Positions 50,187-61,599 of a stretch of 64,000 nt of DNA are shown in pieces. Source of the DNA: Octopus bimaculoides. Its lineage: Eukaryota. The stretch is from contig NC_068989.1 in assembly GCF_001194135.2 (NCBI RefSeq), positions 29,262,023 to 29,326,022 on the forward strand. The letters are read 5' to 3'. A program made the position numbers and the translations under genes. Below the pieces are notes generated by a model. It worked only from the letters and a program-made list of their open reading frames with translations. It was not told the DNA's origin and ran no database searches. Within the stretch, counting starts at the first letter, position 1, and each line of letters opens with the position of its first letter.

Positions 50187-51368
50187 ATGATATATTTACA
50201 GAGGATTGTTATTATTGTTCTTTTTTCTTCACTGTAAGCAGTTTTACTTTCTCTTTTTTCTTCTCTCTCTTAAGCAAGGTGCCGTGTATAGAGAGTGCTG
50301 CAAATTTAGTGTATACATTTTTAATTTACCCATCCTGAAATGACAAAGTTCATAGTATCGGCCAAAAACAAAAGCAAAGTAGTTGAAAGTTATTGCATCT
50401 ATGATTTCCATTCAAGCAATACAAAACTAGGAAAAGTATATTGACGATGTGAGAAAAGAAGGCTGTGTTCAGTGTGAATTCACACAGTAATGGAAAACAA
50501 TGAGCCGAAAATTCTTAATTTTTCTAATGAGCACCTTCATCCAGCTGATGTAGATTCGTTAAATGCTAGAAAAACAGTTGCAGGAATAAAGCATGAAGTA
50601 GTGAAAAACATAGCAGCAAGTTTGTGTAGCATAATAGCGGTTAAGTTTATGCAGCTAACAGAAAATACTTGCTCTCAACTTCCTCGTTTGCCTGTACTTT
50701 CAAGGACTATTCAAAGGTGCTGACAAAAAAATTCTGAATTTCCCGCTAATCCAGGGGCTAGAACTGTTTTGATATACCTAAAGAATATTGTAAACTTGAT
50801 AATGGTGAACAGTTTATGAGATATGATTTGGGTATCGAGGATCACCAGCGCATAGTAGTATTAACATCAGAAAGTGCTCTTCAGGATATAACATCAAATC
50901 GTCATTGGGCATGTGATGGAATTTTCAAAATTGTGCCAGAACAGTGGTTTTTAACTGTTTAGCATTTATGTACAAGTTAAAGGTAGCAGTTTTCCATGGG
51001 TCTTTGCATTACTGCCGAATAAAACAAAGCAGTCGTATGGATTATTTTTCGAGCAATTGAAAATTATGCAACCTAATGCAAATCCACTTGATCTCATGGC
51101 AGATTTCGAAGTTACAGTTCACATGGCATTCCTGAATTCATCTACCATGGCATGTTTGTTTCATTTGAGCCTATCAGTATTTCAAAAAATTACAGATTTA
51201 GGCCTCAAAAAAAAAAAATGCAATAAAGACTCTGAATTCTGGAATGTTAATCAGCGTATTCTGCAAAATCTTCCCAGAACAAATAATGCTGTGGAATGGT
51301 TTCATTCAGCGATAAGGCATTCAGTGGGTGGAGCACATTTGAATATTTGGAAATTAATCAAAACTCTA
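50187..51368 (+). mobile_element. MULE (Mutator-like) transposase fragment with a FLYWCH domain, internally deleted
   Basis: GKVY*RCEKRRLC...IHT...NEHLHP (FLYWCH); HWACDGIFK, FALLPNKTKQSY, MADFE, CLFH and PRTNNAVEWFH; no TIRs. Confidence 0.87.
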
Positions 51369-51800
51369 TAGCAAGACATCTGTTTCTGCCTCTCTGTTTA
51401 GCTGTCACATTCCAACCTTTCATTGTCTGACAAGATCACCTCCTCTAATGCCTCCCCCCCCGTCTCTAAATTCCTTGTCTTGCAAGTTACTTGGTGACCC
51501 TGTCATTGCTGGTGTCATGTAAAAAGCATTCAGTTCACACTGTGAAGTGGTTGGCATTTGGAAGAACATCCAGCTGTAAAAAAACATACCGAAACTGACT
51601 TCGCCTGTGTTGGTGTCACATAAAAAGCACTCGGTCCACTCTGTAGGGTGGTTGGTGTTAGGAAGGGTATCCAGTTGTAAAATACTATACCAAAACAGAT
51701 ACAGTTGCTTGGTTTAGTCTTCTAACTGCTGGCTCCTGTCAAACTGTCCAACTCATGCCAGCATGGAAGGCGGATATTAAATGATGATGATAATGATATG
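51369..51800 (+). mobile_element. RTE 3' UTR and tail (right part of the MULE-split copy)
   Basis: tagcaagacatctgtttctg, ggtgtcatgtaaaaagca repeats and tail ctcatgccagcatggaaggcggatattaaatgatgatga. Confidence 0.87.
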
Positions 51801-51966
51801 ATGGAATGATAGATGCTAATAGTTGTCTAGTGATCTAATGTAAATCATAGGCAGCAGATCATGTCCGACAATGACTCAATGATTCAATTTCTTAATGATT
51901 ATTTTCCACCAGCTTGTGAAATAATTTTATTTATAATGATGGAGCTGTTGCATAACATTTCTTTAC

Positions 51967-52054
51967 TCTTCTCTAAGGCTTAACTGCCAGGCTAAGATAG
52001 AAGACAGAGTCCCTGCAAAAGATAAAGGATTCGGGGTAATAAAAGATGTAGCTG
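51967..52054 (-). other. Candidate exon, 88 nt, phase 1-2 (xATSFITPNPLSFAGTLSSILAWQLSLREx)
   Basis: Strong acceptor ttatttcttttttctttcag, open frame, moderate donor AGA|GTAAAG. Confidence 0.25.
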
Positions 52055-52249
52055 CTGAAAGAAAAAAGAAATAAGATAAGATAAAATTAAAAAAACACAA
52101 TGGAAATGGTGAAGTATAAAGAAAATAATGTTAAATAATTAAAATGATTATTTATCATTTCTACAGCTACAGAAATTGTGTGAGACAATAAATCAAAATA
52201 AAAGTGATCTAAATAAAGGTGTTCATTATTTGTTTAATGTCCATTTTTT

Positions 52250-52650
52250 CTTGCTAGTATGGCTTGGATGGGAATTGATTTTGAGGCAAGATTTTACAGC
52301 TAAATGCTCTTCTTGTTGCCTACACTCACCTGTTTTTCAAGTAAGAGATTTTCATATTCAACAGGTCTTCACAAGCGCAGACCAAGCAGTCATAATGTCA
52401 ACTAGGAATATCAGCATCAACACCACTTCACTCAAATGTGAAATCTCAACATTCATGCACATTTACAAACATACAATCACAGATATGTACACACATTTAC
52501 GCCCCCCTCCCCCCAAGATGGGCTTAGTATGTTTTCTGTCTGTCAAATTCTCTCACAAAGCAATGGTGAACCCAAGACAATACTAAAAGACTTTAGCTCT
52601 AGGTGTAATGCAGAGAGATTGAACATGTGGTTATAAAGGGAATTCCTTAA
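52250..52650 (-). mobile_element. Degenerate SINE/RTE-tail fragments, reversed
   Basis: tttttcttgctagtatggcttggatgg (reverse tail) and ttaaccacacaaccatg (reverse family C head). Confidence 0.55.
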
Positions 52651-52839
52651 CCACACAACCATGACTGTCAAGGGATACATTTTGTTCTTTCAACAGATAT
52701 CTAAATGAAAATGTTTTCTTTAAATCTTTGAATTTTATAAAAACATTTAAATAAATTAAAATTAAAATTTGTTTCTTGTATTCAGACAAAATATTTCCTG
52801 CTTTTTTTTAATGTCTAAATGTTGAAATGTATGAGACCA

Positions 52840-52940
52840 TTTGCTTAATTTCTCTCATTCCTGTTTGTTTCAGGTAAGTTCGAATAATTGTTCGCCTGAA
52901 AATTATATTCAGTTCAATTTTTATGAAATATTCGGTAAGT
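52840..52940 (+). promoter_or_regulatory. Pyrimidine tract-CAG|GTAAGT recursive-splice-like site with a second GTAAGT 61 nt downstream
   Basis: cttaat (branch-point-like), ttctctcattcctgtttgtttCAG|GTAAGT at 52873/52874, and CG|GTAAGT at 52934/52935. Confidence 0.35.
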
Positions 52941-52999
52941 AATTAGTTTATTAAGATTAGAAAGCTTAATGAATTTTGTAGCTGTAAAAATGATAAAAA

Positions 53000-54950
53000 T
53001 AATCACTGTGGCACTAGCAGCTGCAACAGCAGTAGTAGCTGCACATCTTCTCATAAAACAGGCATTGAAAAAACCCCTTAGGTAATTGAAAGGCCAGCAT
53101 TGGAAGAAGTATAAAAGGAATAAAGTGGAGTCCAGATCTAATATCACTTCTCAAAGAGAAGAGAGGAAATATCACTTAAGCATATCTCCAAAAGGCTCCA
53201 ATTGCAGCAGTATTCCATACCAGGGCAAACTACTGCAAGAAAGTCCCAAAACAATAACAAACAGCTTATCAAAAATAGGTACAGAAATGACAAAATCAGC
53301 AACCACACTAACAACAGGGAGCACAAACAACAAAATTACCAAATGAAACTAGAAAACATCCAGGATCATGCTACCTACTAGAAGTGCCTCTGGAGGAAAA
53401 CATGAGATTATCTGACATGACATGGGGAGTGTGATTGACATTATTGGCTTCAAATATGGAAGGCAGGAGGTCCAAATGCTTTAGCTGTAAGAACATGAAC
53501 CACTTAAGGATTTTCTGCCATCAGGTGAAGGAGAAGAATAAATGCACACCCCACTTATTGCCAGCTTCTGTAAACTGAAAGTGGAAGCAATGATGGTAAC
53601 AACAACAACAACAAATGTAATAATGATTTGAGTTCATCAGTGACAGTCACACTAGTGTTCACCTCTGATCAAAAAGATATCAATGACTACCCCACCCCAG
53701 TGACTACAATACAAAAATATACAAACACAAACCATGCATCTCAACACAGAAATATGCATGAACGTACTGTAGCCCTTCTTCATCACTGACTTCTGTCTCT
53801 TTGATACTCCATCAAATAATTATCAAATGAACTGTATGGTAAACAACATGATGGCAAGGCAAAGAAGAGGGAGAGGAAAACAGTTGTGCAATATTAATGG
53901 CCAGAAGGTTTGATGACACAAACCACCAACCATTCACTTACCACCACCATCAGAAACAACAATAACAAAACCCACAGTCATAGAAATATAGTTAATCACA
54001 GGAAAGCTCATAAAAATTACAACCACTGTGAAACCAACAAAAGAAAGAGGAACACAACAACAAAAATAACAATTGGGAAGCACACAAAACACAAACCACC
54101 ACCACAGTGAAATCATCAAAAGAAACCACAACTGCAAAAGCAACACTAACAGCCAATACACAACAACCCCTCTTCCACAATTTCACTGCTTTGAAAAAGC
54201 GACACGAAAGAGCTGGAATTCATAAAACAACTCACTGATAAAACACAAATAAAAGATGAAAGATTTCCTGTACACAGTTGTGTTTCTTTTTAACAAACAA
54301 TGAGATATATGCATCTTGATCAGCCCAGTTTGGGCAGAGTGATGTTTTGGAAAGATCTGGATCTTTAGGTGGAGACAATCTTCTTGGTAAATTGGTCCTG
54401 CATGTAATCATCAGTGAAGGTGGGCCCTTCAGACTAGTAGCGATTTTCCTCCAAATGAAGTAAGGAGTCTTAGACTTATTAAGGCATCAAGCATCATTTT
54501 TGAAAACATCATGGTCAGTAGTGCTAGTGAGTGACTGAAATAGCATTCATTATAGATGAATGCTGAAATTGTACAGAAATACTTATAAGCGGGAGTTTAA
54601 AAACCTAAATTTGCTAAGTTAGTTTCAACTGTCTGATAGGAACCATCATTTGAATTTGGACAGATTGCACCAGTTCATCTAAATCATCTTGTTAGAGTAT
54701 TAAATCATTCAGCAGACATAGCATATGGTGTCTACACTTTTCACTTGTTAAGTACATGAACACAAGTCTGTGATGTGTCCAGTGAATTAATGGACACTCT
54801 GGTTACTGGAAGCTGGATGCATTGCTCTAGGTTTGGAAAGCTACAACAATTAAATTACCAAATTAATTAAGCCAAAGATGATGGGAAGATGATCATCAAA
54901 AACTGGTGGAAGGTTTCTCTGAAGAGAACCAATGTAGATTAGTGCAGGGA
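53000..54950 (+). mobile_element. L1/Tx1-type LINE 5' half: ORF1 with a zinc knuckle and a very degenerate endonuclease
   Basis: EGRRSK-CFSCKNMNHLRIFC (CX2CX4HX4C at 53477-53518); Thr/Asn-rich linker; GYWKLDALL at 54801, matching the L1/Tx1 WKLN motif. Confidence 0.55.
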
Positions 54951-55189
54951 CTACTTAGCAGAGTAGAAATGGCAGTTAGAAAAGATATTGTGATGGACAA
55001 CTAGTGATGAAGATGATGCTTGAACATTTCTAGCCTTGTAGTTTGGGTCTACATTCTGAATTTAAATTTTACTGAGATTAACTTCTTTTCATCCTGTCTA
55101 GATTGATGTAATTGATTTGCCCTCTCCCTTCAGAACTGCTGGCCTATGCCCAAACTAGTGAGAATCATTATTTATTATTATTATTATTA

Positions 55190-55400
55190 AGGCGGTGAGC
55201 TGGCAGAATTGTTAGTATGCCGGATGGAATGCTTAGTAGCATTTTGTCTGACTTTACATTCTGAGTTCAAGTTCTGCCAAGATTGACTTTGCCTTTCATC
55301 CTTTTGGAGTTGATAAAATAAGTAGCAGTTGAACACTGGGGTCGATGTAATTGACTCATCCCCTCCCCAAAATTGCTGCCCTTGTGGAAAAATTTGAAAC
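55190..55400 (+). mobile_element. Full family A SINE between (ATT)n tracts
   Basis: ttaa|ggcggtgagctggcag...aatttgaaacc(att)n. Confidence 0.92.
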
Positions 55401-55419
55401 CATTATTATTATTATTATT

Positions 55420-56105
55420 TTACTTCTCAGAGCTCTCTGTCTTGCTTGCTCTGGTTGATTCTGTGAGAGTGGACAGCAACCTGTTGTCAGAGGTCTCACA
55501 GGAACTCTTTCTGCAAATTATAAGTTTTGGTACTTGGATAATCATGGAAGACACTCAACACCTAAGCACCAATCTCAAAATCCTAGCTGTCCCCAACAGC
55601 AGTTTTTTGAGCCTGTTCTGTCTTCATATCAATTCCAATTTCTCTGACATATTTCTTGAACCTGATTCTTAGTGCTCCAAGTGCTCCTATAACTACTGGG
55701 ATAACAGTTACTCCCCTCATTGCCCACATTCTTGCAATTTCGTCTCTTAGTAGTCTTTATTTCTCCATCTTTTCCAGCTCTTTGTCATCTACACATTCAT
55801 CCCCAGGTATGGCAATATCTATGATCTTGGTTTCCTTTTTTTCTTTTATCTACCACAACAGTGTCTGGTCTCCAAGCATTGATTAAGGAGTCACTTTGGA
55901 TTGTAAAATCCCACTGTATCTTATATTCAATGTTCTCAGTGATGCCCTCTGGTCATGTTTGTACCATTTCTGTGCTCTGCCCAGACTGTACTTTTCACAC
56001 AGTGAACAGACTTAGCCATGTTATCGTACTTCTTTTTATAGTGCTTTTGGGCCAACTTGCTACACTTACTCACAATATGTGAGAGTGTTTTGTTTTTGCT
56101 GCCAC
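55420..56105 (-). mobile_element. R4/Dong-type LINE, 3' end with RLE
   Basis: HDNMAK, WDFTIQSDSLINAWRPDTVVVDK, IIDIAIPGD...KELEKMEKY and VIPVVIGALG; (AAT)n tail. Confidence 0.9.
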
Positions 56106-56139
56106 ACATCCTGTTATTATTATTGTTGTTGTTATTAAG

Positions 56140-56340
56140 GCTAGCAGCACACCAGGCAAAATGCTTAGCAGCATTTCGTTCATCTTTATGCTATGAGTTT
56201 AAATTCTGTTGAGATCAACTTTGCCTTTCGTCCTTTTAGGGGCCAATAAAATAAGTACTAGTTGTGCAGTGGAGTTGATGTAATCAACTTAATCCCTACC
56301 CAAAACTTGCTGGCCTTTTGCCAAAATTTGAAACCGTTAT
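56140..56340 (+). mobile_element. Family A SINE
   Basis: Body nearly identical to 56873-57029. Confidence 0.9.
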
Positions 56341-56413
56341 TATCAGCATTATTATGATCTGATTTTTTTTCTGATTTCTGTTGCTGTTCCTTCCTAAAAG
56401 ATCCAGGATCCAG

Positions 56414-56460
56414 TCTCCTCCTCCTCCTCCTCCTCCTCCTCCTCCTCCTCCTCCTCCTCC

Positions 56461-56499
<39 letters not shown>

Positions 56500-56535
56500 C
56501 CATCACCACCACCACCACCACCACCACCACCACCA
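56414..56535. repeat. Compound triplet microsatellite (CTC)n(ATC)n(ACC)n
   Basis: Direct reading; it produces the spurious poly-V/M/R ORF at 56258-56536. Confidence 0.97.
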
Positions 56536-56544
56536 TTTTTGTTA

Positions 56545-57029
56545 AAGGTGGTTAGCTGGCTGAACCATTACCACGCTGAGCAAAATGCTTGGCAGTATTT
56601 CACCTGTCTTTATGTTCTAAATTCAAATTCTGCTGAGGTTGACTACTACCATCATCATCATCATCATCATCATCATCACATGGGATAAAATGCACTGTGG
56701 CTATATCTTTGGGCTCTTTATGTTCTGAATTCAAATCCTGCAGATACCAACCTTGCCGTCCTTCGGTTACTAAAATAAAATACCTGGCTAATCACTGGAG
56801 TTGACGATACTGACTAAACTCTACCATGAAAATTTGATGGTCTTGTGCTTAAATCATAAAACATTATATTTAATGCTTAGCGGCATTTCGTTCATCTTTA
56901 TGCTATGAGTTTAAATTCTGTTGAGATCAACTTTGCCTTTCATTCTTTTGGAGGTCAATAAAATAAGTACTAGTTGTGCAGTGGGGTTGATGTAATCGAC
57001 TTAATCCCTACCCAAAACTTGCTGGCCTT
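56545..57029 (+). mobile_element. Cluster of three family A SINE pieces with a (CAT)n tract
   Basis: B-box segments at about 56620, 56730 and 56910. Confidence 0.85.
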
Positions 57030-59125
57030 AGGTTTACTGGTCATGCTTCAAGAATCTTGTGAAGAATTCTTGTACTTCCAAGCAATGCTGATTTTTGTAG
57101 GTGTTCTCTCTTTACATTTGTACTAATCTTTTTGAGCCGTGTTGGTAGTTGAGTATTGATATTTCTAAGTGTGCCAATTGATATCACAGCCTTTTGTATT
57201 CCCACTTCAAATCGTCGTAGTTGTTCAGTTTTTCCTCTTTCTCATTGATCCTGTTGTCACCGGGACATGTCTTTTTTATTCATCACAACAATGTCCAGTT
57301 TCTGATGTCAGGTCAGGTGATCATACTGAATCATTGCATCCCACTTGCAATCTCCATTCTTGATAACTCCTTCTGGGGTTTTCTCATACCATATACAGAA
57401 CTCCCTTCTTGCCATATTGTCATGTCATCAGTGTGCCAATTTTGGGCATTTGCTAATGATGTGCCTTTCCGTTTCACCCTTTTCACCACACATTCTGCGT
57501 TTGTCATTCTTGGTGATGTCAATTCTGCACTTCACATAGTTAGTCCTTAATGCTTGTTCTTGTGTTGCACATATAACTGCTTCTGTTTCTATCTTCAGGT
57601 CACTCCTCCTCATCCATAGCCATATCTGTCTTGGTGTTTGTATCTCTTGCAAACTGACCATACATTTTTTCCTTCCATACTGTTTCTTTTCTTAAGTTCT
57701 TTTTCTCTTTAAGTTTTCTTTCTTTACACAATCATCAATTTTGATGATGCTGGACTTCTTCATATGTCTCAACAATGATTCCATGGTATTTTTTACATAC
57801 CACCCTAAGCTGTTTTCCTCTGCCTTGATACAATCCTGATAACTGATCAAGCCTCTTCCACCCTTACTTCTGGACATGTACAGTCTATTGGTGTCACTCT
57901 TAGGGTGGAAGGCTCCATGCACTGTCAATATTTTTCTTGTATCCATGTTCATCAGTTCTTTCTTTTGCCAGTTTGTGATTCCAGTGCTGTACTGAATTGA
58001 TGCTTGGATTTTATTCCATCCTGTCAATTTTAAGCGCAACACCAATCTTAGTCTTCGGAAATATTTCATCCTCAGTTGTTCTTTCATTTTGTTCTCCATG
58101 ATTTTGTTGAACTCTAGTACTCTAGTATGCCAAGGTGTTTATAGCCTTTCTTTTCAATTTGTTTAATCAGTTCTCTATTAGATAATTCTATCCATGCTAG
58201 GGACTGTACTTTGCCTCTTTTCAGGTACATTGTATCACACTTCTTGAGTTCGAATTCCATTCTAATATCAGCACTAAAATTGGACTGTGTTCACCAAAGA
58301 AATCACTTGTGCCTCATCCTTGCCATACAGCTTCAAATCATCTATGAAGAGGAGGTGGTTGATTGTTTGAGATTTTCCCTTTAGCTGATATACGGGGTTC
58401 ATTTTCCTAAGTACCAAGGTCAGAGGGATCATGCAGAGAACAAAAAGCAATGGAGATAAGCTATCGCCTTGGAAAATCCCTCTTCTGATGCCCAGGGTAC
58501 CCAAGCTTTGTCTGTAGGATGTCAACTCAGTTTTCCATCCCATCATACTTCTCTCTGCAGAAAACACATTACATTCCTCACAATTCCAAATAAATTTAAG
58601 CACTTGATGATCTATGAATGTGGAATCATATCATAAGCTTTGTGATAACCAGTCCAGGCCATTCCTAAATTTGTCCTCCTTTGTTTACAATCTTTTATTA
58701 CCATTTTGTCTATCAATATTTGGTCTTTGGTACCTCTGCATCTCCTCCTACAACCTTTTTGTTCCGTTGGTAACATATCGTTCTCATCAAGAAATTTATA
58801 CAGTTCTGCAATTCCTCTTGACAGTAACTTCCACATTAATAATGGAAGGCAAGAAATGGGCCTGTAATTGTCAGCAGCCTTTCCCTTTGGTGCACCCATC
58901 AGACACAATGCTGTTTGTCCTTTTGTCAACCAACTTGGGATTTCTTCTCCATCGAACAATGCATTAAATTGCTCTGTGATCAATTTATGGCACCTACTGA
59001 ACTTTTTTTTTTATCCAAAATCCCTGTACACCATCAGGTCCTGCTGCTTTCCAATTGCTTATCTTTTTACTCATATTTTTGATATTGTCTTCTGTGAAGT
59101 GGATAGTCTCTTGGTAGGGATAAGA
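57030..59125 (-). mobile_element. R4/Dong-type LINE: RT, knuckle and truncated RLE, disrupted
   Basis: [14 protein letters not shown]...[58 protein letters not shown] and ETEAVICATQEQALRTN. Confidence 0.93.
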
Positions 59126-59129
59126 AGCT

Positions 59130-59700
59130 GTTTGCTTCACAGTTTTTGCTTTAAGATTCCACATCTTTTATATTTCAGTTTTCAGGTCCTTATATTTACT
59201 AAGTTTGTTAAATTCCTTTATAGATATATTTTTATCAGTGGGGACACTTACGTGTATTAGTCTACAAGTATTCTCTTCCCGGTCTTTTATAATTATGTCT
59301 GGTTGATTAACCTGGATTGTTTTGTCAGTGTTAACTGGAAAATCTCAGAAGACAGTAACATTTTTACTCTCAATGACTGACTCGAGATGATGTTCATACC
59401 AGTAAGCAGGGGTACCAATTTTGTAATGCTTACAAATTTTCTAATGTCCTCCCCTATTGTGGCGGTTTTTGTATTTGTTTAGTGTTTGCACAGGGCATCC
59501 TGAAACAAGATGGTGTACTGTTTTGTTGAATGTATCACAGAATCTGCATTTAGGGTCAGTACTGTTTTGGAGAACGTTAGCCATGTAATGTCTATTAAGC
59601 AAGCTTTGATCTCGGGCTGCCAGTATGAAGCCTTCAGTCTCTGCTTTCAATCCTGAACTCTTCAGCTACTGATAGATTGTTGTTTAGGTGATGAGCTGGT
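59130..59700 (-). mobile_element. Second R4-type subfamily (same as 22700-24035): knuckle and RLE fragment
   Basis: ETEGFILAARDQSL...DPKCRFC...HLVSGCP; NQPDIIIKD...KEFNKLSKYKDL. Confidence 0.88.
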
Positions 59701-59739
59701 AGATTGCATTGGAAAAAATGTCTAGCAGCATTTCTTCCA

Positions 59740-60030
59740 ACTCATGTTCTAAGCTCAAATCCTACTGAGATCAACCTTTAAGGTAATGAACTGGCAGAAT
59801 CATTAGCAGAACAGGCAAAAATGCCTAGCAGCATTTCATCTGTCTTAACATTCTGTGTTCTAATACCATTGAGGTCATCTTTGCCTTTCATTATTTTGGG
59901 GTTGATAAATTGAGCTTTCAGTTTGACAAGCTGTTCAACTGGTACCAGTTGAACTCTGGGGTCAAAGTAATCAACTTACTCCTTACTCGAAATTGCTGGC
60001 CTTGTGCCAAAATTTGAGGCTATTATAATT
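59740..60030 (+). mobile_element. Family A SINE(s)
   Basis: aactggcagaatcattagc...ctttgcctttc...aaattgctggccttgtgccaaaattt. Confidence 0.85.
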
Positions 60031-60049
60031 GAGTTTTTCTTTCAATTTT

Positions 60050-60620
60050 GTTTCTGTTTCTTGCCAAGTGTCTTCCTTACACCTTGGTAAAGAAGCTCAT
60101 TGTATACATTGATAGGCTATTAAAGTAAACATACCAGATTATTTATGTTGAAAAAAATATTTACATAGATGGTAATCATTCTCACAGCGACAATGCTCTT
60201 CTCAATATATGTGATGTGGCAGTTAAAAACAATCTTTTGCATTTCTTGCTGGGATGATAAATCAGGGATCATTCTCAAATAATTTTTAGTGCCACTTTTT
60301 TTATCATTGCTACTGTTCCTACAGTCTCTGTTATTGTAACCACCTTGAGATGCCACATTTTTTTCAATTTCAATGAGCAAATCTTTATATTTTCTGAGGT
60401 TGTAAAATTCTTTGGCCAGAATATTATAACCACAAGGGATACTTATGTTGCTCAATAAACAAACTTCATTGTTTTGGTCTTACACAACAATATCTGGTTT
60501 ATTGTTTTGATGGTTCTGTATGTATGTACTTGAAAGTCCCAAAGAATTGTTACATCTTCTCCTTCAATGGTGCTTATTCCATTTGCCAACAGTTTTGATT
60601 TCATAATGCTGACAGATTAA
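60050..60620 (-). mobile_element. R4-type RLE fragment (second subfamily)
   Basis: KPDIVVKD...SIPCGYNILAKEFYNLRKYKDLLIEIEK...MQKIV. Confidence 0.85.
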
Positions 60621-60689
60621 CCAGTGTAGATATTGGCCAACTTTGTCATATTTACACTCTGCTGATGTTAAACTTTACCTTCAGAGACT

Positions 60690-61275
60690 TAGATTAGTCT
60701 AGTGATACTGCTGCACCTCTTATATGTCCATAGCTTGCACTGGGTATGCCTTTGAGAGTTTCTCATGGACATTTTTTCTACATATCAAGTAGGGCCATCT
60801 CCCTGAAGGGATCTGTGATTTGTCTGTCTTACTACTTATCAATACTTTGGTCTTTGCTAAATTAACTCTAAGGTCCTTGGATTCCAGACCTTGCTTCCAT
60901 AGCTGAAATTTCTTCTCTAGTTCTGTTAGCAATTCAGCAATAACAACAAGGTCATTGGCACAGAGGAGCTCCTAAGGGTAGCCAGTCTTAAATTCTTCAG
61001 TTATAGCTTGGAGGATCATGATAAATAAGAGGGAACTAAGAACCAAACCCTGGTGTCACTAAACTTGTACACTAAACTCCTTGCTGTACTCATTGGCAAT
61101 TCTCACCTTAATAACTGCATCCCTGTCCATGGCTTGTACAGCTCTCACTAACTGCTCATCTATCCCTAGTTTCTACACTGCCCACCAGATAAGGGAGCAG
61201 AGGACCCTGTCAAAGGCTTTCTCTATGTTAACAAAAGCCAGAAACTGAAGTTTATTTTGTTGGCTAAGTATTTCT
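60690..61275 (-). mobile_element. RTE RT fragment
   Basis: AFVNIEKAFDRVL, HQGLVLSSLLF, and KKFQLWKQGLESK.LRVNLAKTK. Confidence 0.88.
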
Positions 61276-61357
61276 CCTGCAGTTACTTCTCCCTGGCACA
61301 AATCTAAACTGCATCTCATCTTCTGCTGCTGCTGCTGCTGCTGTTGATGTTGTTGTT

Positions 61358-61580
61358 AAGGTGGTGAGGTGGCAGAATCATTAGCACGCTGGCTGAAATG
61401 CATAGTGGTATTTCATCTGTCAGTATGTTCTGAGTTTAAGTTCCACCAAGGTCAGCTTTGCTTTCCATCCTTTCAACGTTGATAAATTAAGTACTAGTCG
61501 AGTCCTGTGGTTGATGTGATCGATCGTTCCTCTCCCCACAAAAATCCAGTACCTCTAGTAGAAATCTTGTGCCTCTAGTA
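61358..61580 (+). mobile_element. Family A SINE
   Basis: ttaa|ggtggtgaggtggcag...ctgagtttaagttcc... Confidence 0.88.
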
Positions 61581-61599
61581 GAAAGGATTATTATTATTA

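Noticed and set aside
56258-56536. ORF with poly-V, poly-M and poly-R runs
   Set aside because: Pure translation of a triplet microsatellite.
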